Under the pieces are notes generated by a model that was not told the DNA's origin, made no database searches, and worked only from the letters and a program-made list of their open reading frames with translations. From Eubacteriales bacterium (GTDB lineage Bacteria; Bacillota; Clostridia; Lachnospirales; Lachnospiraceae): 64,000 nt of DNA. The position numbers and the translations under genes were made by a program. The DNA lies in assembly GCA_030536855.1 (NCBI GenBank), contig JAUNPK010000001.1, positions 4,965-68,964 on the forward strand. Direction: 5' to 3'. The number at the start of each line of letters is the position of its first letter. Positions within the stretch are counted from its first letter, which is position 1. This document shows positions 39,869-50,902 of the stretch, piece by piece.

Positions 39869-39960
39869 CCGCGAGTGCTAACGAATTATTAATAACACAG
39901 TTTGTGGAGCTCGCGTCACAAACTGCCATGTGAAAAGCTATTATGCAGACCTCTCACATC
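39869..39960. repeat. Diverged member of the multi-hairpin element family in the rpsE-rpmD spacer
   Basis: CAGTTTGTG-10 nt-CACAAACTG-CC-ATGTGAAAA parallels GCTATTTGTG-10 nt-CACAAATAGC-CGTATGAAAA at 29499-29538. Confidence 0.55.
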
Positions 39961-39980
39961 AACCTTCATTTTATAGTTAA

Positions 39981-40490
39981 TTAACCAAGAATTTCGCTAA
40001 CTGACTTTCCACGAAGTCTTGCAACTTCTTCCGGAGTCTTCATTGCCTTAAGTCCTTCAATTGTAGCTAAAACAACGTTCTGCTTATTGTTAGAACCAAG
40101 TGACTTTGTACGGATATTCTTGATACCTGCAAGCTCGAGAACTGAACGAGCTGGACCACCAGCGATTGTACCAGTACCTTCAGGAGCTCTCTTAAGGAGA
40201 ACTGTAGCTCCTCCAAATTTTCCGATGAAATCATGTGGAACTGAACCATTCTCATCCATTGGAACTTCTACTAAATGTTTAATAGCATCTTCTTTTCCTT
40301 TACGGATAGCTTCAGGAACCTCAGCTGCTTTACCAACACCTGCGCCAACATGTCCGTTGCCGTCACCAACAACAACCAAAGCTGCAAAACGCATATTACG
40401 TCCACCCTTTACAACCTTTGTTACACGCTTGATTGATACTACATTATCATTCAATTCTAAATTACTAGCATCAATTATTGTACGTTTCAT
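39981..40490 (-). CDS. rpsE: 30S ribosomal protein S5
   Basis: [10 protein letters not shown]; GTGTIAGG; SLGSNN. Confidence 0.98.
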   Translation of the reverse strand: MKRTIIDASNLELNDNVVSIKRVTKVVKGGRNMRFAALVVVGDGNGHVGAGVGKAAEVPEAIRKGKEDAIKHLVEVPMDENGSVPHDFIGKFGGATVLLKRAPEGTGTIAGGPARSVLELAGIKNIRTKSLGSNNKQNVVLATIEGLKAMKTPEEVARLRGKSVSEILG

Positions 40491-40512
40491 ATTGTCTGTT
40501 TCTCCCTTCCGC

Positions 40513-40881
40513 TTAGAATTCAAGGCCAGCTTCACGAGCTGCCTCTGCTAATGCTTTTACTTTACCTTCATATATATAACCGCCTCTATCGAAAACGACA
40601 GTTGAAATGCCTTTCTCTAAGGCCTTTTTAGCAACTACTGTACCTACTACTGTAGCAGCTTCAACGTTATTAGTCTTTTCAACCTCAGCCTTAACATCTT
40701 TATCAAGTGTTGATGCTGAAACTAATGTCTTACCAACTGTGTCGTCAATAATCTGAGCGTACATATGATTATTGCTTCTAAACACAGCCAAACGTGGTCT
40801 TTCTGCTGTACCACTGAAACGATTACGTAATTTTCTATGCTTATTTTCACGAACTACTGTTCTTGACTTCTTACTAACCAT
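40513..40881 (-). CDS. rplR: 50S ribosomal protein L18
   Basis: [16 protein letters not shown]; [12 protein letters not shown]. Confidence 0.98.
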   Translation of the reverse strand: MVSKKSRTVVRENKHRKLRNRFSGTAERPRLAVFRSNNHMYAQIIDDTVGKTLVSASTLDKDVKAEVEKTNNVEAATVVGTVVAKKALEKGISTVVFDRGGYIYEGKVKALAEAAREAGLEF

Positions 40882-40900
40882 TGTGTATTCACTCCTTTAA

Positions 40901-41443
40901 TTATTTCTTACCAGTCTTACCAACTTTACGTCTAATAACCTCATCAGAATATTTGATACCCTTGCCCTTATATGGCTCCGGAGCTCTCTTAGCTCTGATT
41001 TCAGCTGCGTACTGGCCAACTTTTTCTTTACTGATACCCTTAACAATAATGATGTTGGTTCCATCAAGAACTGTTTCAATTCCTTCTGGATCTTCCATCT
41101 CTACCGGATGTGAGTAACCTAATGATAATACTAACTTCTTACCCTGCTTCTGAGCTCTGTAACCAACACCGTTAATCTCAAGCTTCTTCTCATATCCATC
41201 AGTAACACCAATTACCATATTGTTAATTAATGTTCTTGTCAAACCATGTAATGACTTCATTTTCTTTAAGTCGTTTGGTCTGGAAACGATGATTTCCTCG
41301 CCTTCCTTCTTAATGTCCATCTCTGCAGGTAAAACTCTCTCAAGAGTACCCTTAGGACCTTTTACAGTCACTTTATTATTTTCTGCGATCTCAACAGTGA
41401 CACCTGCTGGGACAGCGATAGGCATTCTTCCTATACGTGACAT
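40901..41443 (-). CDS. rplF: 50S ribosomal protein L6
   Basis: MSRIGRMPI; [11 protein letters not shown]. Confidence 0.98.
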   Translation of the reverse strand: MSRIGRMPIAVPAGVTVEIAENNKVTVKGPKGTLERVLPAEMDIKKEGEEIIVSRPNDLKKMKSLHGLTRTLINNMVIGVTDGYEKKLEINGVGYRAQKQGKKLVLSLGYSHPVEMEDPEGIETVLDGTNIIIVKGISKEKVGQYAAEIRAKRAPEPYKGKGIKYSDEVIRRKVGKTGKK

Positions 41444-41526
41444 GCCGTGCACCTCCTATAAATGATTAAGAAAACATTTTACTAAGATAGGAATATGTTT
41501 TCTTTGTAAGTGAGTATCTATAATAA

Positions 41527-41922
41527 TTACCAAACGAAGCAGAGAACTTCTCCACCAACGCCCAGCTTTCTAGCTTCCTTATCTGTTACAACACCCTTGT
41601 TTGTAGAGATGATTGCAACACCAAGACCACCAAGAACCTTAGGAAGTTCTTCCTTGCTTGCATAAACTCTAAGTCCCGGCTTAGAAATTCTCTGAAGTCC
41701 TGAGATGATCTTCTCATTCTTATCAGCTCCGTACTTTAATGTAACACGGATATCCTGGAAGTTTCCGTTCTCAACGAGCTCATAAGACTTAATATAACCT
41801 TCATCTAAAAGAATCTTAGCAATTGAAAGCTTCATCTTTGATGATGGAATATCTACTGTATTATGCTTTGCTGTATTAGCATTACGAATTCTTGTAAGCA
41901 TATCTGCAATTGGATCTGTCAT
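41527..41922 (-). CDS. rpsH: 30S ribosomal protein S8
   Basis: [13 protein letters not shown]; ISKPGLRVY; GGEVLC. Confidence 0.98.
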   Translation of the reverse strand: MTDPIADMLTRIRNANTAKHNTVDIPSSKMKLSIAKILLDEGYIKSYELVENGNFQDIRVTLKYGADKNEKIISGLQRISKPGLRVYASKEELPKVLGGLGVAIISTNKGVVTDKEARKLGVGGEVLCFVW

Positions 41923-42074
41923 TGTAAATGTTCCTCCTTAATTAATTCACTGGTTTCCTGTATATACAGGACTACGTCAATTGTTCATGCACATATAGCA
42001 TACGGCCTTAGCCGTATTACTATTTCATGCATATATATCTTGAAAATCCACTACGATCTACTCGTATACAAATC

Positions 42075-42260
42075 TTACCAAGATGCCTTCTTAACTCCAG
42101 GGATCTGACCCTTGTAAGCTAATTCACGGAAGCAAATTCTGCAGATTCCGTATTTCTTCAAAACAGAATGTGGACGACCACAAATTGTGCAACGTGTATA
42201 AGCTCTTGTAGAGAACTTAGGTGCTCTCTGCTGCTTTACTTTCATAGAAGTCTTAGCCAT
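42075..42260 (-). CDS. rpsZ: 30S ribosomal protein S14, Zn-binding type Z
   Basis: RCTICGRPH...CRICFR; PGVKKASW. Confidence 0.97.
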   Translation of the reverse strand: MAKTSMKVKQQRAPKFSTRAYTRCTICGRPHSVLKKYGICRICFRELAYKGQIPGVKKASW

Positions 42261-42280
42261 AGTAATTTACCTCCTCCTTT

Positions 42281-42820
42281 TTAATTTTTGAATGGCATGT
42301 TGAATAATCTTAATAATTCACGTGCCTCTTCATCTGTCTTAGCTGTTGTTGTGATGATAACATCCATACCTCTAACCTTATCAATCTTGTCATACTCGAT
42401 TTCAGGGAAGATAATCTGCTCTTTAATACCTAAAGCATAATTTCCTCTTCCATCGAATGAATCAGCGCTAACGCCTCTAAAATCACGTACACGTGGTAAT
42501 GCAAGATTTACAAGTCTATCAAGGAATTCATACATCTTCTCTCCACGGAGAGTAACCTTACATCCGATTGCCTGACCTTCTCTTAACTTGAAGTTAGCAA
42601 TTGAATTCTTTGCTCTTGTAAGAACTGCCTTCTGACCTGAAATAGTTTCAAGTTCTTTAACAGCTGCGTCAAGAAGCTTTGAGTTCTCTTTAGCTTCGCC
42701 AACGCCCATATTTATTACAATCTTATCGATCTTAGGAATCTGCATAGGATTCTTGTAACCGAATTTTTCTGTCATCTTTTTAGTGATTTCATCATCATAT
42801 AAATCTCTAAGTCTACTCAA
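42281..42820 (-). CDS. rplE: 50S ribosomal protein L5
   Basis: [11 protein letters not shown]; LPRVRDFRG; GNYALG. Confidence 0.98.
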   Translation of the reverse strand: MSRLRDLYDDEITKKMTEKFGYKNPMQIPKIDKIVINMGVGEAKENSKLLDAAVKELETISGQKAVLTRAKNSIANFKLREGQAIGCKVTLRGEKMYEFLDRLVNLALPRVRDFRGVSADSFDGRGNYALGIKEQIIFPEIEYDKIDKVRGMDVIITTTAKTDEEARELLRLFNMPFKN

Positions 42821-42841
42821 AATTATTGCCTCCTTCCTCTA

Positions 42842-43177
42842 TTATTTGTTAGCCTTCTTAACTACGTCGATAACCTTACCTGTTGACTTTGCAACACGAA
42901 CTTTATCTCCGTTGTCTTCATATCGGAATGCAACCTTTGTAGCTTTTCCATCAACAACTAACATAAGGTTAGAAATATCGATTGGAGCTTCCTGATGGAG
43001 AATTCCACCCTGCTGGTTAGCTGCACTTGGTTTAGCATGCTTTGTAACCTTGTTAACATCCTCAACGATAGCTGTATGTTTTTCAGCATTTACAGACAAT
43101 ACCTTGCCTTCCTTGCCCTTATCTTTTCCTGCGATAACCTTAACAATATCGTTCTTTTTAATTCTACAAGCTGACAT
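42842..43177 (-). CDS. rplX: 50S ribosomal protein L24
   Basis: VIAGKDKGKEG; EAPIDISN. Confidence 0.97.
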   Translation of the reverse strand: MSACRIKKNDIVKVIAGKDKGKEGKVLSVNAEKHTAIVEDVNKVTKHAKPSAANQQGGILHQEAPIDISNLMLVVDGKATKVAFRYEDNGDKVRVAKSTGKVIDVVKKANK

Positions 43178-43188
43178 TGTGGCACCTC

Positions 43189-43557
43189 CTATAATACTTC
43201 TGGAGCAAGAGATACTATCTTCATAAACTTCTTATCTCTTAACTCTCTAGCTACTGGTCCAAAGATACGAGTTCCCTTAGGAGTCTGATCATCTTTAATT
43301 ATTACAGCAGCATTCTCATCAAATTTAATGTATGAGCCATCTTTACGACGTGCGCCCTTTACAGAACGTACTACAACGGCCTTAACAACATCGCCCTTTT
43401 TAACAACGCCGCCTGGTGTTGCTTCTTTAACAGTAGCGACAATAACATCTCCGATATTTGCATATCTTCTTGTTGATCCACCCATAACTCTGATGCAAAG
43501 GATTTCTTTAGCACCTGTGTTATCGGCAACCTTAAGTCTGGTTTCCTGTTGTACCAT
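43189..43557 (-). CDS. rplN: 50S ribosomal protein L14
   Basis: VADNTGA; FDENAAV; [12 protein letters not shown]. Confidence 0.98.
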   Translation of the reverse strand: MVQQETRLKVADNTGAKEILCIRVMGGSTRRYANIGDVIVATVKEATPGGVVKKGDVVKAVVVRSVKGARRKDGSYIKFDENAAVIIKDDQTPKGTRIFGPVARELRDKKFMKIVSLAPEVL

Positions 43558-43600
43558 AATACTACCCCTTTCAGTAATATCAAATATAAATTATCATTAA

Positions 43601-43858
43601 TTATTTTGCTCTGCTGATAATCTCAACTAATCTCCATCTCTTATCCTTAGATAAAGGTCTAGTTTCCATTACCTTAACAACGTCACCGATTAAACATTCA
43701 TTGTTCTCATCGTGAGCCTTTAACTTATATGTTCTCTTTACAATCTTGTTGTAAAGTGGATGCTTAACATTATCTTCTACAGCAACAACGATTGTCTTAT
43801 CCATCTTATTGCTGACTACCCTACCTGTACGAGTTTTTCTTAAATTTCTCTCTTCCAC
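43601..43858 (-). CDS. rpsQ: 30S ribosomal protein S17
   Basis: [12 protein letters not shown]; ETRPLSK.KRW. Confidence 0.98.
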   Translation of the reverse strand: MEERNLRKTRTGRVVSNKMDKTIVVAVEDNVKHPLYNKIVKRTYKLKAHDENNECLIGDVVKVMETRPLSKDKRWRLVEIISRAK

Positions 43859-43901
43859 AGTCGTTCTCCTTTCCTAGGAATATAAACATATAAAATGTGA
43901 T

Positions 43902-44102
43902 TTAAGCATTCTTCTGAGCAATTACAGTCTGAATTCTAGCAATATTCTTTCTAACTTCTTTGATTCTTGCTGTATTATCTAACTGATTTGTTGCGTTCTG
44001 GAATCTTAAATTGAAAAGTTCCTTTTTAGCAGCTACTAATTCCTCATTTAAATCTGCAGCTGATTTTGCCTGTAAATCTTTTACATAAGTATTAGTTTTC
44101 AC
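43902..44102 (-). CDS. rpmC: 50S ribosomal protein L29
   Basis: [14 protein letters not shown]...RKNIARI; GTG start overlapping the rplP end. Confidence 0.95.
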   Translation of the reverse strand: MKTNTYVKDLQAKSAADLNEELVAAKKELFNLRFQNATNQLDNTARIKEVRKNIARIQTVIAQKNA

Positions 44103-44529
44103 TGTTATCACCGCCTTCTAAGTCTGCACGTGAAACGATCTTGCACTTGCAAGGAAGTTTATGAGTAGCAAGACGTAAAGCTTCTCTTGCTGTTTCTTCA
44201 GGAACTCCTGAAATCTCAAACATAACACGTCCAGGTTTAACTACTGCTACCCAGCACTCTAAGTTACCTTTACCTTTACCCATACGAACACCGATAGGCT
44301 TACCTGTTACCGGCTTATCTGGGAAAATCTTAATAAATACTTTACCGCCACGCTTGATATATCTTGTCATAGCGACACGGGCTGCTTCTATCTGATTTGA
44401 CTTAATCCAGCATGGTTCTGTTGCAACAATACCATATTCACCATTAGTAATCTTGTTGCCTCTTGTAGCCTTACCAGCCATAGAACCACGGAACTGTCTA
44501 CGATGTTTAACTCTCTTAGGTAGTAACAT
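44092..44529 (-). CDS. rplP: 50S ribosomal protein L16
   Basis: [12 protein letters not shown]; RMGKGKG; KLPCK. Confidence 0.98.
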   Translation of the reverse strand: MLLPKRVKHRRQFRGSMAGKATRGNKITNGEYGIVATEPCWIKSNQIEAARVAMTRYIKRGGKVFIKIFPDKPVTGKPIGVRMGKGKGNLECWVAVVKPGRVMFEISGVPEETAREALRLATHKLPCKCKIVSRADLEGGDNSEN

Positions 44530-45194
44530 TACTTATCGCTCCCTTCCTTATCAACATTAGTCTTAGTTGGAAGTACCTCACCTTCATATATCCAAACCTT
44601 AACACCAACTTTGCCGTATGTTGTGTTTGCTTCTGCAAAACCATAGTCAATGTCAGCACGAAGTGTCTGAAGTGGAATTGTACCTTCGCTGTAGAACTCT
44701 GTACGAGCCATATCTGCTCCGCCAAGACGACCTGAGCAAGCTGCCTTAATACCCTTAGCTCCCTGCTTCATTGTTCTGCTCATGCAAGACTTCATAGCTC
44801 TTCTGAAAGAGATACGATTTTCTAACTGCTGAGCAATATTCTCAGCTACTAACTGAGCGTCCTTATCCGGTCTCTTAACTTCCTTAATATCAATGCTTAA
44901 TCTCTTAGCAGATGTTAACTTCTCAACCTGTTTCTTTAAGTTCTCGATCTCAGCACCACCTTTACCGATAACAACACCCGGCTTAGCTGTGTAGATGATA
45001 ACCTTTAATCTGTCTGAAGCTCTTTCTGTTTCAATCTTTGAAATTCCTGCAGCGTAAAGCTTATTTTTAAGGAATTTTCTAATGTTATAATCTTCTACAA
45101 GGTTGTCTGCAAATGTTTCTTCTGCATACCATTTTGAGTCCCAGTCTTTGATAACGCCGACTCTCAAACCATGAGGATTAACTTTCTGTCCCAT
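44529..45194 (-). CDS. rpsC: 30S ribosomal protein S3
   Basis: [11 protein letters not shown]; GRLGGA; [11 protein letters not shown]. Confidence 0.98.
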   Translation of the reverse strand: MGQKVNPHGLRVGVIKDWDSKWYAEETFADNLVEDYNIRKFLKNKLYAAGISKIETERASDRLKVIIYTAKPGVVIGKGGAEIENLKKQVEKLTSAKRLSIDIKEVKRPDKDAQLVAENIAQQLENRISFRRAMKSCMSRTMKQGAKGIKAACSGRLGGADMARTEFYSEGTIPLQTLRADIDYGFAEANTTYGKVGVKVWIYEGEVLPTKTNVDKEGSDK

Positions 45195-45226
45195 AAAATC
45201 TCCTTTCTATTCTTTAGGAAATGTAA

Positions 45227-45613
45227 TTATCTTTCATTTAATATAACAGTGATATGGCTCATTCTCTTTTCGATTCTATAAGCTCTACCCTGTGCTCTTG
45301 GATGAACTCTCTTCATTGTAGGTCCTTTGTTAGCGTAGCACTCTTCTACATATAACTTGCTTGGATCCATACCGTTGTTGTTCTCAGCATTAGCTGCTGC
45401 TGATTTCAATAACTTCTCTATAAGTGATGAAGCATATCTTGGATTGTACATAACAATACCGAGTGCTTCTTCAAGGCTCTTGCCTCTAATAGCATCTAAT
45501 ACGAAACAAGCCTTCTGAACAGATACTCTGGCGTAAGATAACTTTGCGCTTGGTCTTGTATCCTTAACGGCGTTTCTTTCACGTTTAATCTGGGATCTAT
45601 GTCCGTTTGCCAT
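45227..45613 (-). CDS. rplV: 50S ribosomal protein L22
   Basis: KLLKSAAANAENN; PRAQGRA...SHI. Confidence 0.97.
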   Translation of the reverse strand: MANGHRSQIKRERNAVKDTRPSAKLSYARVSVQKACFVLDAIRGKSLEEALGIVMYNPRYASSLIEKLLKSAAANAENNNGMDPSKLYVEECYANKGPTMKRVHPRAQGRAYRIEKRMSHITVILNER

Positions 45614-45642
45614 CGATTAAACCTCCTTTCAAAATATCCTAA

Positions 45643-45918
45643 TTATCTACTCTTCTTTTCGTCTTTACCGTGTCCTCTGTAAGTTCTTGTAGCAACGAAC
45701 TCACCGAGCTTATGACCAACCATGTCTTCTGTAACATATACAGGAACATGCTTTCTTCCGTCATGAACAGCGATTGTATGACCAACAAAAGATGGGAAAA
45801 TTGTTGATCGACGTGACCATGTCTTGATAACTTCTTTATTGTTTGCTGCATTTAATGCATCAACCTTCTTAAGTAAGCTTTCATCTGCGAATGGTCCTTT
45901 TTTTAATGAACGAGCCAT
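45643..45918 (-). CDS. rpsS: 30S ribosomal protein S19
   Basis: [10 protein letters not shown]; MVGHKLGEF. Confidence 0.98.
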   Translation of the reverse strand: MARSLKKGPFADESLLKKVDALNAANNKEVIKTWSRRSTIFPSFVGHTIAVHDGRKHVPVYVTEDMVGHKLGEFVATRTYRGHGKDEKKSR

Positions 45919-45988
45919 AGGTTGAAACCTCCTTATAATCTTTCAAAATCTTAGTATAATCTAATCAAGGTACAATCAAGTAATATAA

Positions 45989-46831
45989 TTACTTGATTGC
46001 CTTTCCGTCTCTTCTTCTTATGATAAGCTTGTTAGAAGCTTTCTTCTTCTTACGAGTCTTGAGACCCATAGCAGGCTTACCCCAAGGAGTCATTGGGCTT
46101 GGACGACCAACTGGTGCTCTACCTTCACCACCACCGTGTGGATGGTCATTAGGGTTCATAACAGAACCACGAACTGTAGGTCTGATACCCATATGTCTCT
46201 TACGTCCAGCCTTACCAAGATTGATAAGGTTATGATCACCATTACCTACAACACCGATTGTTGCACGACAGATAATTGGTACCATTCTCATTTCTCCGGA
46301 AGGTAATCTAAGTGTTGCATACTTTCCTTCCTTAGCCATTAACTGAGCTGAGTTACCAGCAGAACGAACAAGCTGTCCACCTTTACCTGGATATAATTCA
46401 ATGTTGTGCACCTGAGTACCTACAGGAATCTCTGTGAATGGTAAGCAGTTACCAACTCTTACTTCTGCACCGGCACCGTTCTGAACTGTCATACCGTCTG
46501 TTAATCCCTGAGGTGCAAGGATATATGATTTCTCTCCGTCTGCGTAGCAGATAAGAGCAATGTTAGCTGTTCTGTTTGGATCGTACTCAATTCCGATAAC
46601 CTTAGCAGGAACGCCTTCTTTATTTCTCTTGAAATCGATAATTCTGTATTTCTGTCTGTTTCCACCACCGTGGTGTCTAACAGTTATCTTACCCTGGTTA
46701 TTACGACCAGCTGTCTTGCTCTTCTTAGCGAGCAATGATTTCTCAGGAGTAGTCTTTGTGATTTCTGAGAAATCTGATCCAGTCATGTTTCTTCTGGAAG
46801 GTGTATATGGGTTATATGTTTTAATTCCCAT
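45989..46831 (-). CDS. rplB: 50S ribosomal protein L2
   Basis: GRNNQGKIT; EYDPNR; [13 protein letters not shown]. Confidence 0.99.
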   Translation of the reverse strand: MGIKTYNPYTPSRRNMTGSDFSEITKTTPEKSLLAKKSKTAGRNNQGKITVRHHGGGNRQKYRIIDFKRNKEGVPAKVIGIEYDPNRTANIALICYADGEKSYILAPQGLTDGMTVQNGAGAEVRVGNCLPFTEIPVGTQVHNIELYPGKGGQLVRSAGNSAQLMAKEGKYATLRLPSGEMRMVPIICRATIGVVGNGDHNLINLGKAGRKRHMGIRPTVRGSVMNPNDHPHGGGEGRAPVGRPSPMTPWGKPAMGLKTRKKKKASNKLIIRRRDGKAIK

Positions 46832-46892
46832 TATATTCTCTCCTTTCGAGTCTGTGTAATATTGTTTTCTACACGTTAAATGTTTCTAAATC

Positions 46893-47192
46893 TTAAAGTC
46901 CTTCGAAGAGCTCGATATCCTTGCTATCTTCAGTTAACTGAACAATTGCCTTCTTTGTCTTAGCAGTTGTACCAACTGTTCTTCCTCTTCTCTTCTTCTT
47001 TCCAATGCTGTTCATTGTGTTTACTGAAGCAACCTTAGTTCCTTCGAACATTTTCTCAACAGCTTCCTTAATCATTGTCTTATTAGCATCTGTATGAACT
47101 AAGAATGTATATTTCTTATCAGCCATATCAGCCATAGACTTCTCTGTGATTACAGGTTTGAGGATTACATCATAATACTGTACGTTTGCCAT
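46893..47192 (-). CDS. rplW: 50S ribosomal protein L23
   Basis: PVITEKS; KYTF.V; KKAIVQL. Confidence 0.97.
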   Translation of the reverse strand: MANVQYYDVILKPVITEKSMADMADKKYTFLVHTDANKTMIKEAVEKMFEGTKVASVNTMNSIGKKKRRGRTVGTTAKTKKAIVQLTEDSKDIELFEGL

Positions 47193-47812
47193 TATGCATA
47201 CACCTCCTCTAATTTCTCTACAGCTGCCTTAGTTACTACTAAAGTATCATACTTAAGAACATCAAATGTATTGATTTCATTTGTTGCTGTAACCTTAACT
47301 GTAGGAACATTTCTACCGGAAAGAACAACATTCTTGTTCTCACCTTCAAGAACAACTAAAGCCTTATCAACTTTAATATTATTCATAACTTCAACAAATT
47401 TCTTTGTCTTGATTTCATCTAACTTGAACTCGTCAAGTACAACGATCTTGCTATCTGCAACCTTTGATGATAATGCAGAAAGAAGAGCGAGCTTCTTTTC
47501 TTTCTTATTCATCTTAAATGAATAATCTCTTGGCTTTGGTGCAAATACAACACCACCGCCTGTCCACTGTGGAGCTCTTGTAGAACCCTGTCTTGCATGA
47601 CCAGTTCCCTTCTGTCTCCAAGGTTTTCTTCCGCCACCAGAAACTTCTGAACGTGTCTTAGCGTTCTGTGTTCCCTGACGATTATTTGCAAGCTGATTAA
47701 CTACTGCCATGTGTACAAGGTGTTCGTTAACCTCAACACCGAATACTGCATCATTTAATTCAATAGAACCAACTTCCTTGCCTTCAATATTGTAAACAGA
47801 TACGTTTGCCAT
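47192..47812 (-). CDS. rplD: 50S ribosomal protein L4
   Basis: [19 protein letters not shown]. Confidence 0.98.
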   Translation of the reverse strand: MANVSVYNIEGKEVGSIELNDAVFGVEVNEHLVHMAVVNQLANNRQGTQNAKTRSEVSGGGRKPWRQKGTGHARQGSTRAPQWTGGGVVFAPKPRDYSFKMNKKEKKLALLSALSSKVADSKIVVLDEFKLDEIKTKKFVEVMNNIKVDKALVVLEGENKNVVLSGRNVPTVKVTATNEINTFDVLKYDTLVVTKAAVEKLEEVYA

Positions 47813-47840
47813 CTGTATGGTCCTCCTTCCTTAGCAAAAA

Positions 47841-48476
47841 CTACTTGCTAGCCTTTACTGTTTCTTTCAGTGTTACTAATGATTTCTTAGGTCCAGGTAC
47901 TGCACCCTTAACTAAGATTACGTTATTTTCAACATCAACTCTTACTACTTCAAGATTCTGGATTGTGATTCTCTTTGAACCCATATGTCCAGGCATTCCT
48001 TTTCCCTTGAATACTCTACCAGGTGTTGTTGCTGATCCGTTTGAACCCTGATGTCTGTGGAACTTAGAACCATGAGCCATAGGTCCTCTTGACTGGCCTA
48101 ATCTCTTGATTGCGCCCTGGAAACCTTTACCCTTTGAAATAGCAGTTGCATCCACCTTATCGCCTACTGCGAAGATATCTGCCTTAATTTCGTCCTTAAC
48201 ATTGTATTCAGAAGCGTTCTCAAACTTGAACTCTCTTACGAATCTCTTATAAGGAACTTCTGCCTTATCAAAATGTCCTTTAACAGGCTTGCTGACTAAC
48301 TTTTCTTTAATATCAGCGAAACCTACCTGAACTGCATCGTAACCGTCGTTTTCTACTGTCTTAACTTGTGTAACAACACAAGGACCAGCCTGAAGAACAG
48401 TTACAGGTGTTAACACACCGTCTTCATTGAAGATTTGAGTCATTCCGACTTTAGTAGCTAAAATTGCTTTCTTCAT
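47841..48476 (-). CDS. rplC: 50S ribosomal protein L3
   Basis: KVGMTQIF; SKGKGFQG; GKGMPGHMG. Confidence 0.98.
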   Translation of the reverse strand: MKKAILATKVGMTQIFNEDGVLTPVTVLQAGPCVVTQVKTVENDGYDAVQVGFADIKEKLVSKPVKGHFDKAEVPYKRFVREFKFENASEYNVKDEIKADIFAVGDKVDATAISKGKGFQGAIKRLGQSRGPMAHGSKFHRHQGSNGSATTPGRVFKGKGMPGHMGSKRITIQNLEVVRVDVENNVILVKGAVPGPKKSLVTLKETVKASK

Positions 48477-48687
48477 TGATTTTCCTCCTGTTTAATCTAC
48501 AGCGGACAAGATGATATGTTCATTACTATATGAAACACAGCGCATCCTGTCATCCTAGAACAGCTAATATAAGTGGAACCTGCACCACTGTGCTGCACTT
48601 TCGTGCATCGTTACTTCTATATTAAACCCTTAGGATTATTGCTTTTACTACTTACGCGAATTCATTCGCTAAAATGTTGTGTAATGA

Positions 48688-49002
48688 TTAGTTCATTACC
48701 TTAAGATTGATGAATACACCAGCTGGCATCTCTAATTTAGATAATGCATCTACAGTCTTCTGAGATGGCTGTAATACATCGATGAGTCTCTTATGAGTTC
48801 TCTGCTCGAACTGCTCTCTTGAATCTTTGTACTTGTGAACAGCTCTAAGAATTGTAACAACTTCCTTCTTTGTTGGAAGAGGTACCGGACCACTTACCTG
48901 TGCTCCTGTCTTCTTAGCAGTTTCGATGATTTTCTTAGCTGACTGATCTACTAACTGATGATCATAAGCTTTCAGTGTAATTCTAATTACCTGATTTGCC
49001 AT
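48688..49002 (-). CDS. rpsJ: 30S ribosomal protein S10
   Basis: RITLKAYDH; GPVPLPT; [11 protein letters not shown]. Confidence 0.98.
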   Translation of the reverse strand: MANQVIRITLKAYDHQLVDQSAKKIIETAKKTGAQVSGPVPLPTKKEVVTILRAVHKYKDSREQFEQRTHKRLIDVLQPSQKTVDALSKLEMPAGVFINLKVMN

Positions 49003-49249
49003 AAAAAAAGTCGCCTCCTTCGCACTTTATAAATGTAAGTACGACAAGCGGTGACTGTACACACTCCCACGCGTATCGAAAGTTTTCACTCGACAAAACA
49101 ACGCGCGTCATTTCTGCCTGTGCAGATGATATAGGTACAGTGACTTGTCGCCAGATTATTCGCCGGTTACCCGGCCTTGACATTCGCTCCACGGAAAAAC
49201 CTGCATATTAGCAGCAACCTCACGCTTCTACGCTATCAATGTCACAGCA
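49003..49249 (-). ncRNA. Structured S10-operon leader (Clostridia-type)
   Basis: About 245-nt 5' UTR with GAGGTTGC, CCGTGG and CCGGGTAACCGG segments and GACAAG/CTTGTC pairing; not model-tested. Confidence 0.6.
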
Positions 49250-49255
49250 AGTATT

Positions 49256-49284
49256 ACTATACACTACCGGAATAATAAAATCAA
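49256..49284 (-). promoter_or_regulatory. Sigma-A promoter of the S10 operon
   Basis: TTGATT-17-TATAGT with extended TG. Confidence 0.75.
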
Positions 49285-49311
49285 CCAAAAAAATTGTTTT
49301 TTTTGAGATAC

Positions 49312-49373
49312 AAAAAAGAAGGCTGCTCCGCCGGAATTACTATGTAATCCCAACGGAGCAGTCCTATAATTTT
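49312..49373 (-). terminator. Intrinsic terminator
   Basis: GACTGCTCCG/CGGAGCAGCC stem followed by TTCTTTTTT on the minus strand. Confidence 0.85.
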
Positions 49374-49417
49374 ATGCTTACAACATATTGTAATCAACAC
49401 ATAATTTTAAACTATAA

Positions 49418-50770
49418 TTACATATATAAACTGAATGTGTTAATTAACCATGTTCCGTTCTCTAATACATACTCAATGTAGTATGATGAAGATGAAGCTG
49501 TTCTTGTACGAGTTCTTTCATCTGTAGAAGTTGATGTTGTATACTTCTCTTCTAATGTATATCCTACAGTAACTCTTACTGTTGGCTTTCCATCCGAATT
49601 GAGAGTGTACTTTGTTGTATAAACAGATGCCTTTACATTAGATAATGTACCGCTCTTCCATGTATAGCTAGATGATAAATTACTTACTAAATTGTTATAT
49701 CTTGTCTGGCATGTAGACTTAGATCCTGAATTGCAGATAGAGCTGATTGAAGAAAAATCTTTCTTAGCAATAACTGCATCTACAATTGTCTTCAAATCCT
49801 TTTCAGCCTGTGACTGTAATGAAGAAACCTTTCCTGTATCAATTGTAAGGCTTGATGAGCTGATTGATGCAGAATCTTCATCATAATCAAGCGAAACTGT
49901 TTTTGTGAAATCCTCAATCATATCGCCTGTAACTTTTAATTCATTAGTTCCTTCAAATAAGAATGGCAAAATATACTTATCATATGATGAGCTTGAGTTA
50001 TCAGATGACTTGTAAGCATCTGACACCTGAATATCATTAATATAAAGAGTAAGACCCTTTGGCACTGAAATTTCGCAATCTTTTACTACAAAGCTGTCTG
50101 ATGAAACAACATACTTATTAAAGAATAACATGTACTTCTTGCTTGACTTTGTTAAAATAAGTTCTTCAGAATCAAAGCCTGTAGGTGTCTGATATGTAAC
50201 TGTTACAGCCTTGTTACCAGGCAAGTTACCAAGTGTAGAAAAGCTATCAGTAACTGTCATTGTTGTTACAGCCTCTCCTGTTGCATCCTGATTAACCTTT
50301 GCTAATGCTTCCTTTGTAAGGAATTCGCTCTCAGGAATATTCATAAGTGAATATGCTGTATTCCAATCACACTGTTCTACAGCCTTAATATACTTCTTGG
50401 CTGTCTTCTTATAATCTGTGTTGCTCTTTCCAATACTTACAAATGTGATAATTGCTGCTATAACTACAACAACTGCTACTGCAGCACCAATAATTGCACC
50501 TGAAATCTTAAATGGTTTCTTTTCATTTGGTGCCTGTGGCTGAGCATTGTACTGTGGCTGTGCGCCAAACTGTGGCTGCTGTGGCTGTCCACCAAACTGT
50601 GGCTGACCACCAAACTGTGGCTGTTCCTGTGCAGCCTGTGAATTATCTACTGATGCTGTCTGAACTGCATCTGTTGCAGATGCAGATGTATCTGGTGCAA
50701 GAGCTGTTCCACAGTTAGCACAGAATACTGCATCATCTTCGTTTTGTGTTCCGCAATTAGGACAAAACAT
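49418..50770 (-). CDS. Zinc-ribbon membrane protein (TcaA-like architecture)
   Basis: MFCPNCG...CANCG; Q/P-rich PQFGGQ repeats; one TM helix; Ser/Thr-rich external domain. Confidence 0.75.
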   Translation of the reverse strand: MFCPNCGTQNEDDAVFCANCGTALAPDTSASATDAVQTASVDNSQAAQEQPQFGGQPQFGGQPQQPQFGAQPQYNAQPQAPNEKKPFKISGAIIGAAVAVVVVIAAIITFVSIGKSNTDYKKTAKKYIKAVEQCDWNTAYSLMNIPESEFLTKEALAKVNQDATGEAVTTMTVTDSFSTLGNLPGNKAVTVTYQTPTGFDSEELILTKSSKKYMLFFNKYVVSSDSFVVKDCEISVPKGLTLYINDIQVSDAYKSSDNSSSSYDKYILPFLFEGTNELKVTGDMIEDFTKTVSLDYDEDSASISSSSLTIDTGKVSSLQSQAEKDLKTIVDAVIAKKDFSSISSICNSGSKSTCQTRYNNLVSNLSSSYTWKSGTLSNVKASVYTTKYTLNSDGKPTVRVTVGYTLEEKYTTSTSTDERTRTRTASSSSYYIEYVLENGTWLINTFSLYM

Positions 50771-50902
50771 GGATTATTCCTCCTCGTCTCAACGTAAAAT
50801 ATTATATGCCTGAATTTTTTCCAAACATTACCTGTATACTAACATATAAAAAAATAACTTTCAACAAAATTGTATGCACTTTGTTTGAATTAAAGTTTCA
50901 AT

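Noticed and set aside
50560-50632. Short tandem repeats encoding QPQFGG
   Set aside because: Ordinary low-complexity linker of zinc-ribbon membrane proteins; in frame and not phase-variable
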